A stretch of 64,000 nt of DNA from NCBI RefSeq assembly GCF_009914755.1, contig NC_060938.1; one strand, 5' to 3'. Both the position numbers and the translations under genes were made by a program. Under the pieces are notes generated by a model. The model was not told the DNA's origin, made no database searches, and was given only the letters and a program-made list of their open reading frames with translations. This document shows positions 1 through 10,732 of this stretch, one piece after another. This DNA is from the human T2T-CHM13v2.0 reference genome, Homo sapiens. The number at the start of each line of letters is the position of its first letter. The first letter of the stretch is position 1.

Positions 1-1190
1 TAGCTCACCCCAAATTTGGGCTCCCTTCTGCTCCGACTCTCTGCAGAGCCCCTTTGCTCAACACCACAGTTTTGGATTTGCTCTGTATTCAATGACTATC
101 TTCCAAGTTCCTGCCACGTCTATTCACTGTGCCAAGCCCATGAAATTAATGAGAGAAAGAGAGCTCCCTCTAGGAACTCTCGATGTGGGGAAGATGACAA
201 ATGTCAAAAACCGGGGGACTGTTCTTACCAGGGGATCATTGGAAGGCCATCTAATCCAGTCATGGAGTTGCTGAAAGGCTTCTAGAAAGCTGGTGCTCTT
301 GTGGAATGATGGCCAAGAAATAGCATATGTGAGACCTCTCTAGGGACTCTCGGAACTAATTGGGGAGAGACTGTAGGGACTGGAGGCCCACAGAGAAGCT
401 AGGGCAGGGCCAGATAAATATTGTTTTATGGTCTTTGTTATGATCCACTCCTATGAGGATAAGCAAGAAGCCCTTTCTAATACAATTATTTTATATCCAG
501 GTACTTTTGAGTTCTCTAAGAAATACAGGCCCATTTACTATCATTTTGGAAAATTCTTTTGATGGTCAATAAAGTGTCAGATTACCTTGCTGCTGTTACT
601 CTAAGTGACTAATGCTACTTTATTCTAAATACTGTACCCTCATGAAAAAATGAGAGGAAAAGGCAAATAATACCTTACTACTACTCTGAAAATAATTCTG
701 ACTTCATGGACTCCCTGAAAGAATCTCAGAGTCCTACTTGGATCACTAGGCCATATTTTGAGAACTGCTAACAGGGAATGTAACCTTAAAATAGATTTTA
801 AGAATGTGCCTGGATTAGTAGGGAAGGAATTATTTGATTGATGAATGATGCCTGCCTTGGGCACAGGAGCAAAGCATAATCTCATATTTCCTAAGTATAC
901 AGACACTCAAACTCTATCTACAGTAATACGATTGGTTTTTAAATAAGCATTCCATTATCTATACATACAAATGAAAGCTGTCCTTCATAGTAGTCATGTT
1001 TAGAATCTAGTTATTTCAACAACTATCACTGTGATTAAACTATTGGAGTTCACTGTAAATCCGAAATACAAATCAAACTCATTACTTTATAGGCAAATTT
1101 GGTTTTGACCAAAATGATACTTAGGAGTTGGATAAGTTACTTACGCTGCCAGTCTTGGCTCCAAATGACTTCCGCTTCCTGAACAAATTA

Positions 1191-1560
<370 letters not shown>

Positions 1561-1579
1561 GATTATCCCACCAATAATT

Positions 1580-2255
1580 TGAGTTTCTATAATGTATCAG
1601 GTACCCTGTTGAGTGCTAAGGATGGAAATGAAAGGCACAATCTCTGCCCTGAGGCATTTATAATATGCACGGAACAGACGAGGAAACTAGCACTTAAAAC
1701 CCAGCATAAGCAGCACTATCACTGAGGGGAGCTCAAGCTGTGTTGAAAGCAGCTAACTCCAAGGGGATGGAGAGAAGTAAGGAAAGACTTCCTGGAGCTA
1801 CCTCATCAGCTGAGTTCTGAGGACTTGAATGAGTCAGGTAGTAGTGGAATGGGGGAAGTGGCGCATCAGTGAGGACGACTTCCAGAGGGATAGCAGGTGC
1901 AAAGACATGAAGATAGAAGAACTGTAGACCACTTACACTTGCTCTGACACACAGTTGGGAATACACCTTTGAAACCATGGCATGTCTCCCTCACAAAAAG
2001 AAGAGGAGAGACGGTGAAGACAAGTCAGAAAGAACCACATCACATTCTCTGGAAAAGTCATGAAAGCATATGTCCCCTGCAGCCACATGGCCTAGTGAGA
2101 TACTCAGGCTTGGAGCTGATTAACTTGGGTTGGAGGTTTCCTATTCTCTTTGAGCCTCAAAGTTTTCATCTGTAAAATGAAGATATTCAATTTATGGTTG
2201 CATTTGCAAGGGTAAATGGGATGTTTGTAAACTGGTAGATAACAGGTGCTCAAAA
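1580..2255. mobile_element. Degraded L2 and MIR fragments
   Basis: L2-like motifs, plus a MIR core ctttgagcctca..ttttcatctgtaaaatg at about 2148-2180. Boundaries approximate. Confidence 0.5.
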
Positions 2256-3192
2256 ATGGTCAGCATTTTGTTTCTGCTCAATATTAATAAGCCCGTGGCT
2301 GGCAGATGCATAGCAAGAGCAAAACCAAACACAGCATGAAATGTCGGCATCCAAGGGGTTGTTCATTTTATACTGGAAGACCTGGCGCGATGTCTAAACT
2401 TAGTGTTTCACCAAGAAAATGTGATTTATCATGCTGGTGTAGTCCCGGCAATGTACAATCAAGATCAGGTTGAAACAGGGAAATGAAAGTAAATGTGCAG
2501 CAACAATTCTGTTTTTTTTTTTAAGGTTTCTCTTCATGGATTGCTTTGCGCTCCTCCTCCTGCAAGACAGTGAGTCTCCACAGGCCCATGAATGTCATAA
2601 GTGAGTGCAAGCTTGAAGAAGCACCTATCCTGTGCTCAGGACAAAATATCTGTGGTCCAGAGCAGAGCTCCCAACCCAGCTACTATGAACCACGCTAGGC
2701 CCCAGAAAAGAAAGGAAAACAGAAGAGACATTGGATTGGATCTTCCAGAAGGTCTTTGTTGCAATTTTTCTCCATCATTGAAAAAAAAATTACATCATCA
2801 AATAAAGACAATAGCAGCACAGCTTATTGAAATGTCACAAGCAAATTTGTTTTGTACTTTCCCTAAGAACATTATGAAATCTCCCTCCCCCCACATTATT
2901 TTCTGTAAAATGCCTTTTTTTTTAAAGCACCATGAAATCCTACGGAAAGAAAAATAAGTAAAACACCTCCACACATGGATTTATCATCATTGTCACTGGG
3001 TCCCCTGTCTGTGACTCTGGGATGGGAAGGAGGCCAGAGGCTGGCATGTGAGGTGGTTTGCATATCACTTCTAGGCACCACTGCACCTTCTCCCTTCAAG
3101 CTCAGAGCCCCGACAGCAAAAGAGAGCTTCCGCAGTTACCTTCTGCAGCGTAGGTCTGCTGAATCGACGGAGCAGGAGTCCTCTCAAAATAA

Positions 3193-3198
3193 TTTATT
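3193..3198 (-). terminator. Candidate distal polyadenylation signal AATAAA
   Basis: tttatt on the + strand; hexamer match only. Confidence 0.35.
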
Positions 3199-4017
3199 TT
3201 AATGCACAGGGAACTATTTCAGATTTTTCACCTAAGAATCAAGAACACAAAGTAGATACCAAATCTCAGGCACCTGTGAAAATGATAATCACTTTCAGTA
3301 AAATCAGAGACACCTCTCATTTCTCCTCAATGCCACTGCACTGATGTCAACTGACTTAGGGCAGGCATGAGAGAACTGAGGTTTACATGGAGTATGGATG
3401 GGTTGGTGAAGTCCAATGAAGGTATGGTGCAGAGACAGAGGACAGGGCTTTGCTTACAGCCATGTAATTAGCATGCTGTTCCAAAGTTTCCCTATGCAGA
3501 ATTAACAGCATCCACAATGCCACACTAAAGTGATCTTTGTTTCAGAGAGTTACCCTTTTTCTTTTTAAGGCCATTACTAGCCAGCTCTTACTGTTCACTC
3601 AGCCACTGTCTTTGCACACAATTGCATCCTAACAGTGAGAAAGAATAACCCCATATTAGCAAAATGCAACAAGCAGAGATGTGGAATGCAACACTGGCTG
3701 GTTTTTCCTTTCTCGTTTTACAGGGGCTCTGAATGTTTGTTTTCCTACGCCTTTCCCGTGGTTCAGAAACCCTGGTACACACTGGATGCTTCATATTCTC
3801 ACCAAATCCAGTGGGTAAAAACCAGCCCCACCCAAACTCTGGTCACCTTCTCACTAGTCCTCAGAACCCAGCATGCAAATAGACAGGCAGCATTGACGAA
3901 GCCAGGAAATGATATCATCTCAGAGGGAGGCAAGGGGGCAGGTTCTTAGCATTCAGCTCAACTAGGACTTTAAACATGGAATGGTCCTTATAGAACCCAA
4001 AGCAGCCATTTCCTCAG

Positions 4018-4045
4018 GTGTGTGTGTGTGTGTGTGTATGTGTGC

Positions 4046-4081
<36 letters not shown>
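4018..4081 (+). repeat. (TG)n(AG)n compound microsatellite in the 3'UTR
   Basis: Directly visible. Confidence 0.97.
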
Positions 4082-4661
4082 TGTCTGTCTGATCATAGTA
4101 CTTGAATTCATGATACATGAAGTACTACAATTGACTGCAAATAACAACAGCTTAAAATTCTTTAACTAGTCTTAACACCATGCAAAAAATGCCCTCACAG
4201 CATGAGCCCTCCCGGTGACAGTACACTAAAGAGCTATAAGGGAGGATAGAGAGAGCCTACACAGGGCATGATCCGAATTTGGACACCAGTCTCCCAAGTA
4301 CATCTGGTCTCCATTAATCCCCCAAAAGACAAATCCCAAAGGGCAAGAGACTAAGCTCTCACCTTAACCTAAAATGGGCAAGACAATTAATTAGTCATTA
4401 TTCACAAATCCAACTTATAATTTAATCTTAATAAATTTTGTGAACTCATGGACTAGGGAGTGTTTCATTAGAGAACTGCACAACTACAATGGCCCTTGAC
4501 AAGTATCTGTGCTCAACTCCCTCCCTTGATGTGCAGACAAGGTAACAAGAGATCTAGGCAGAGAACTGATGCACCCACAATCACAGGCTATGACTGCTGG
4601 AACACAAATAGTCCTAGTTACCTTAGTAACAGGCCAGAGATGGCCCAACACCACCCCAACC

Positions 4662-4663
<2 letters not shown>

Positions 4664-4708
<45 letters not shown>
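4664..4708 (+). repeat. (CA)22 microsatellite in the 3'UTR
   Basis: Directly visible. Confidence 0.97.
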
Positions 4709-4711
<3 letters not shown>

Positions 4712-5719
4712 ATACAGCCCTGCCCCAAAGTGATAAATATCACTGTTGGGTTAGGACTGGGTATGGAGCTGTACTCTTTCCAGGAAAAAATGCCCATTGG
4801 CTCTCTCACCAGTAAACCTCCAGATTTGTCATGCAAGAAAAATTCAGTGCCTGCTTGCCAGTGAAGCAAAAGACAGCCCCCACTGAAGATGGTGAACGTG
4901 TGCTCTTTCTTTGTGTGAAATCGAAACATTTCTCCTAGGTTTATGCTGGAATGGGAGTGCAGATTGGAAAGGGGGGGCTGTGCTGATGCATGTATAGAAT
5001 GTGTAGCAGCTTTGACCTATCACGTGTATTCTACATGCCATTTGGCCCCATCTAAAAAAGGTAACATTCAAGTAACTTCAAACCAACTGGCCTCCTCCAA
5101 AATTAGTTTATATGAAGAGGAATCCAACCTCTTATTCTCTCTCAGCATCTTTGCGAGAGTATTTCATAGGTTTCTAAACACTTTGCACACATATTTAATC
5201 GATCAATCACCATAGAGGATCTTCTTTGATTTTGTTCATCACATTCTTGGCCAAATGTCTCAGGGAATGGGTTATGTAGAAAATTTTCCCACCCCCAGCC
5301 CAAGGTTATGTTTGATCCCTCTGTGTGACTGATTTGACTCATTTGGGGAAGCATCTATGCACATACCAACACATGCACCTGTTCCATTTGGTAGAGTATG
5401 CAGCTTAGTGCTTTGAACTATTTTATTCCTGCTGTATGCAGAGTTTCTACAAAGTTAGCAAGTAAAGTGCAAAAGAGTGCTTTCAAAGGGCATTTTTTAA
5501 AGGGTGCCACATACAAAATTTCCAAAACCAAATAAATGTACAGTAGGTGTCTGCAGGGGCAACCCTTTGAGCCATGTTTACACAAAGACCTTGTGCCCTC
5601 TTGGTGGTGGAGATTCCACCATATCTGCTCCCCACATCTGTAAGCTGTGTCCATGAAGCTAGAAAGACACACATACACACAAACACACACAATCACAAGG
5701 ATGCATGACACAGACACTG

Positions 5720-5945
5720 TAGTGAAGTTGAAAGCAGACTTTGGTCAGACTTTGAATACCAGCTCTACCACTTTCTTGCTGTGTGCCATTGGATAAATAA
5801 CATAGCTTCCCTGAGCCTCTGTGTCCTTGTGTATATAATGGGTTTGCAAATACTTCCCACATAGTGTCGTGAAGTTTCAATGAGCTGACGTTCATAAAGT
5901 GCCTAATCCTGTGCCTGGCCCACAGAAGGCACTGGATAAATGAGA
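5720..5945 (+). mobile_element. MIR within the 3'UTR
   Basis: MIR motifs: ccagctctaccactt..gctgtgtg, cttccctgagcctc, gtgcctggcccacagaaggcact. Confidence 0.7.
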
Positions 5946-7330
5946 GGGAAGCCTCTGCCAGATTTGGCCGTAGGGCCTGGAATTTTAACACACTGCTACA
6001 AAGAACGTACCAGATAACACAGAGTGGAAACCAAATAAGTGAGATCCATGGACAGTTTAATTAGGAAGCTTCGACTTGTTAGAATAACAGAGGAAGTCCC
6101 AGTTATCTACCTATTCCTTAAAACACATTTTGTCAGGCTGGAATGATTCCCATAGTAAAACTCAACATCCACACCTGCATAAACATCGCCTCCCAAGTGA
6201 CTATTTATTACTGAGTCGACACAGGATGTCACCAGTGAGCCTCATCTCCAGTCCAATGGAGGAGTTGACTTAGACCTTCCTTGGACAGGAAGGGTCTCAT
6301 AAGCAATGCCAGAACTTCAACAGAGCCTAAAGGTCTGGGGACAGGGAGATGGGACTTCATGTGCTCCAGGCAGGGAAGAGCTGTGCATTTTTGAGAAATG
6401 GGCAGGGACAGGTCTTCCATGGTACCAGTGGTTGAGGATGTCGTGGGTACAACTTTCCCTGGAGGTCAGAAAGCATGAGACAGTTTCTGGAAGTCTCCGC
6501 TAGTGCTGTGATCTTTTGGTAAATCCACACTGCGGGTTAGTTACGTAAAATCCCGTGAACTCTGTAAAAGGTAGCAGTGAGCCTAGAACACCCATAACCA
6601 GCAACTGCCTGGTGTTGCCAGGTCCAAATGCTTTCACGTGTGGCCCAAAGAGCTAGCTGTGAACCAGCCAATTATGATAAAGACTGAGGCATACACAGGA
6701 GTATGTATTTTCCCCTTTCTGATACAAACCCATTTAAAATCATCATGCAACCTATGACTAGCCATTCCCCGACTTTCCTCTGCGGGATGTTCTAGCCTCA
6801 CAGACCAATCATAATTATGATGTGTTAGCTTATCGTTTGCCTGGGAACAATCAGTCTAGGGTGTTCCAGTTTTAGTGAGTAACCGATGTGAGATGTAGAA
6901 ACAAGCAAGGAGCAGTGGTGACTTTTTCAGAATAAAGGAATGCCCAAACATAAAAGTAAAATGAAATATTTTAAATATTTCTAAGTATCATTGTTAAATG
7001 GAATTAATGGCACTTACGCTGCAAGCAATAAAAACATTTCAAGCTTACTGTACAAGGGGTACATTTTCTTTTTGTTTGGAGATAGCGAGATTGGATCTTA
7101 TCACTATGTCTACCCTAAGACACCCAAGGGACAAAAAGCCCTGAGATGGAAAGATGCCATGGTCCTCCTCAGTGTGTCTCAGAAATGCAGGATGTCTACT
7201 TTTGTAAAAATGTAGGATCAGCTAGACAGAACAGCAAGCCACTGGCATCATGCAAGGCAATTGTTTTGGTATTTCTACCCCTCTTATCAAAACAAGTTAT
7301 AACCAAAGTACATGGACATTTCCAAATCAG

Positions 7331-7336
7331 TTTATT
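7331..7336 (-). terminator. Candidate proximal polyadenylation signal AATAAA
   Basis: tttatt on the + strand, about 820 nt after the stop. Followed on the minus strand by U/GU-rich TACTTTGGTTATAACTTGTTTTG. Confidence 0.55.
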
Positions 7337-8104
7337 GTCACCATTGCACCCACTGAGGAAAATGCATGATTGGCCTTTAACCACGCAGCAGTTGATGTCA
7401 TGTTTTCACCACTGCTCGCCAGTTCATGTGGACTACCTACCCCTGTGAGAAAGACCAAACTCAGCAGGCTTCTGTCATTGGTTAAGGTGATATCCACAGT
7501 GTGATGTGTTTGTGATTATTTTTTTTCTTTTGTCATGAGAAAAGCAATTGCACCTTTTCGTACGTGTGCTCTGATCTGCTTCCAACAAATTCCAGGTGCT
7601 CTCAGGTCCCCACAGACATTCATTTGGAGCATAGAAAGACTAGGTATGATGCACTGAATGGTTGGTATCAAAATTCAAGCTCAGAGCACATGCCAAAATG
7701 TCAACTCCAACGCTAGTTACACATAACCAGCTCCCACCCAATCAGGTCCCCTTCTGTGTGTGCACATATTACTACGACTCCACTAAAAAGACACACCTGT
7801 TTCTTTCAGGAGGCTGGTCTAAGGAATAGCTGCCCTTGTCTACGTGTGTGCCCAGGTAGCACTGCCCAGGGGTACAGCACTGCCACTGAAATGCCCTTAA
7901 CATGTACGGCCAGAACCGGCTACGTGCACGGACACTCTTGGTGTGTCCTGCGTTTGCTATCTGAAATGAAGTTCTTGTTCTCTGATTCCTTTTGGCAGAG
8001 CAAGCTTTCAGTTGTTTATGGCACAGTGAAATATATTCTTCAATGCTATGTAATTTTGGACTAAAAAGTCTGTTTAAGGCACATGTCTCAGTGTGAATAT
8101 TAAA

Positions 8105-8126
8105 AACACACACACACACACACACA
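8105..8126 (+). repeat. (CA)~10 microsatellite about 30 nt after the stop codon
   Basis: Directly visible. Confidence 0.95.
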
Positions 8127-8157
8127 ACGCTCAGTCCAAGACCAATGTCCTTCACAT

Positions 8158-8778
8158 TTAGTTTCTGTCTTCAAGTAATGAGTTGTTCTCCGGCTCCCGG
8201 TCTTTGGTGTCCGTGGGTATCATTCCGTTCTCCAACTCAGCGTGCTGCTGGATACAGTCCGTCAGCATGGCTGTGCTGGAGTTGTCTGAGTTACACATCT
8301 TTTCCGTCTCCTCCTCTTTCTTCTCCTCGTCCAGGGAGTAATTCCGGAAGGTCTTGTAGATTTTCTGAACGTCCTCGGGCAAGGTCTTTTTGAGGTCCTT
8401 GTTTTTCCTCTTGGTGAGTCTGGAGGTGGACCCGAACTTGTTGATGATGTTGTCCTCGGACGCACCCTGCCCATGCTTGTTCAGCTGCTCCGGCCCCTTC
8501 AGGCGCAGGTTGTTGGGCCGGTTGTTGATGCTCTCCTGGGATGAGGCCTTGAAGCGGCCGGTGTCCAGGGCAGCAAAGACAGAGCGCTTCTCGGGGGACA
8601 GCATGTCCAGTGAGTGGGCCCGCTGGTCCAGGCCCAGCCGCCGGCGCTCCATGCTGCGGATGGTGGCTGCCCGCTGCAGCTTATCGTGGATCTCCACGCT
8701 GAGCCTTCGCCGTGTCTCCCGGAACTCAGCCGTGACATTGGCCTTCCACTCTGCCGCATGGGCCTTGATTTCACCCAC
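8158..8778 (-). CDS. KCNK10: KCNK10 terminal coding exon (exon 7): cytoplasmic C-tail [29 protein letters not shown]...LLEDRN*
   Basis: Distal part of ORF 8158..8955. Acceptor ctcttggccAG at 8779-8780, stop TAA at 8158-8160. Contains the TREK-family PKA motif RRLS. CpG-rich. Confidence 0.97.
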
Positions 8779-9266
8779 CTGGCCAAGAGACAGAAGAGCA
8801 ACAATATGCTGACAAATGCCTCCCTGCCTTGGCCTCCCAGCACCCACAGCCCTCGGGTGTCCCCACGGGGAGGCCAGGAGGTGACGGAGCACATGCCCAG
8901 GGGGAGGTGCAAATGCTACCTTCTGCCCTAGTACTTCTGCCACCTGGACACCCATCCCTAATTGGCTAGTAAATAAGGTGGCTCAGGGAGACACACGTGG
9001 TGGGCAACCCCAAGAAGCCTCAGATTTGGAGATGGTGACTTAAAGAGAGGGGGACGGCATCCTGCAGGAGAGGTTAAAATGTGGAGTTGGACAGGCCTGG
9101 CTTCCAGCTCTCTCTTATCAATTGCATGGCCTCATTCCCCCAACATACACTTGAGTGACCATATATAGCTCACCTGAGACAAGGAAATGCACCTCACTCA
9201 GTCCTGGGCACAGCAGATGTTCAGCAGGCCTTCTGCCCTCCCTGCCTTTCTGGTTTTCTATCCTGG

Positions 9267-9378
9267 CAGGGTGACCAACTTGTTCCAGTTTGCCTGAGGC
9301 TGTCCCAGTTTTAAAACAGAGTCCTGTGTCCTAGGAACTCCCTCAGTCCTGGGAAAACTGGGATGGGTGGCCACCCTA
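9267..9378. mobile_element. MER81 (hAT-type MITE)
   Basis: Terminal inverted repeats AGGGTGACCA...TGGCCACCCT, about 112 bp, palindromic body matching the recalled MER81 consensus. Confidence 0.8.
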
Positions 9379-10589
9379 TCTGGGCCATGCTATGGTCATG
9401 TGCTGTGGGGCTTTCCCTGGTTTAAGAAGATGCTCCAGGGCACCTGGTAACCCACTTCCCCCAGTCAGGGTGCAGGAAGACGGCCTATTCTGCCAAAGCC
9501 CACAGAACAGGCCTCCTTAGAGTGGAGTTTTGCCTGAGGATCAGCACCAAATTTCTTGGCTCTTAATGAACAGGGCAGACAGTATAAGTCCCATGCTTCC
9601 CTCTGCAAATGAGGAACTCAAATTTGTGCATCCAGGAAAGTCAATATTCATGTTGTTCCCTTCTCTTTTGTTATAGCTGATTTTCAGCAGGTCAGTTAGC
9701 TGTCTGGGGAACCGGTCTGGAAATTGCATTGCTTACTTTCCTGGCTTACTTATATAAACCAGGAAAATTAGCATATGGGCCCAGGAAACTGATGTGGGAA
9801 ATCTCTCCATTCAGCAACTTTCTCCTGGGGCCTTTTATACAGAATGAAGCAAACAGAGGCTGGCCCTCTATTTCTTTGGTTTTTCTTATCTCCCTTCCTT
9901 TCTTTTAGCTCTTTTTTTTTCTCCTTCCTTGGCCTTCCTCCTTTCTTTTCCTCTCTTCCTAAGAGAGCTACATGAATATTTATTTTTTAATCACAAAATC
10001 TATCTTTCCTTCATATGTCTTCCTTTACTTCCCTTCATGTAAAGTTACATGCACGGCCCTTCCTCAGGGATGTATATTTGTCTCTATGGATGTGACAACC
10101 AAGAGGGGATAAGTGAAAGAGGCCCATTGGGCTCACTTCCCCGTAGCTGGTCAATGTTCGATGATTTCAGTTTCTTACTGAATCAGGAAAGATTCTTGGC
10201 GTTCAACTGCCTTTCTGCACAGACCCTGAGACCGGAAGGACAGGCTGCACACCCCCCCGACACACTCAGCCATAGTCTACCTCTCCTATTTATTTTCATT
10301 TTCATTTTTTTAAAATCAGCTGTTGTTTACTAGTTTTTCCAGGATTTATGGGCTGGTAAACGAATCACCATATTTTCTCACCTGCCAAAAAAAGAATCCA
10401 GAAATAACTGTATTCTATTCTCCTTAGCTTTGAAGGACTGATTCAACATGAGGAAGCCTATGACCCGCCCCCCGCTCCCCCTGCAAAACCGAGCCAGAAA
10501 CACTCCAGCCCACAGGACAGAGACAGGCAATTCTGGACACAAGCTCATCTGTTCTCAGGAACATTCATAGGGTTAGGAAGGGGTCCTAC

Positions 10590-10732
10590 CTCTTCTTTTG
10601 TCTTTTTGGACAGAACCCGTAGCCAATCTCCGATCATACTGAGGACAGCTGCAAAGTAGGCAAGGCCAACAAGGATCCAAAACCACACTAGGGGCTTATA
10701 CCACTCCCGATAATTGATGCCAGCGTTTCCCC
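10590..10732 (-). CDS. KCNK10: KCNK10 coding exon (exon 6): M4 and proximal C-tail, (G)[47 protein letters not shown]
   Basis: Overlaps ORF 10545..10742. Acceptor gttttcAG at 10733-10734, donor GTAGGA at 10588-10589. Length 143 nt (2 + 47 codons). Confidence 0.97.

Larger units (their letters stand above)
2731..8157 (-). other. KCNK10: KCNK10 long 3'UTR (distal end inferred)
   Basis: Follows the stop codon and is nearly free of young repeats. Several poly(A) hexamers are present. The distal end is inferred from AACAAA (2755-2760) plus a U/GU-rich downstream tract (2701-2731). Confidence 0.6.

Noticed and set aside
8262-8931. Overlapping alternative-frame and antisense ORFs over the last exon
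   Set aside because: Shadow ORFs expected in GC-rich coding sequence.
8779-8955. 59-codon N-terminal extension of ORF 8158..8955
   Set aside because: It lies upstream of the clear acceptor at 8779-8780 and has no K2P similarity. The in-frame AG at 8944-8945 lacks a pyrimidine tract.
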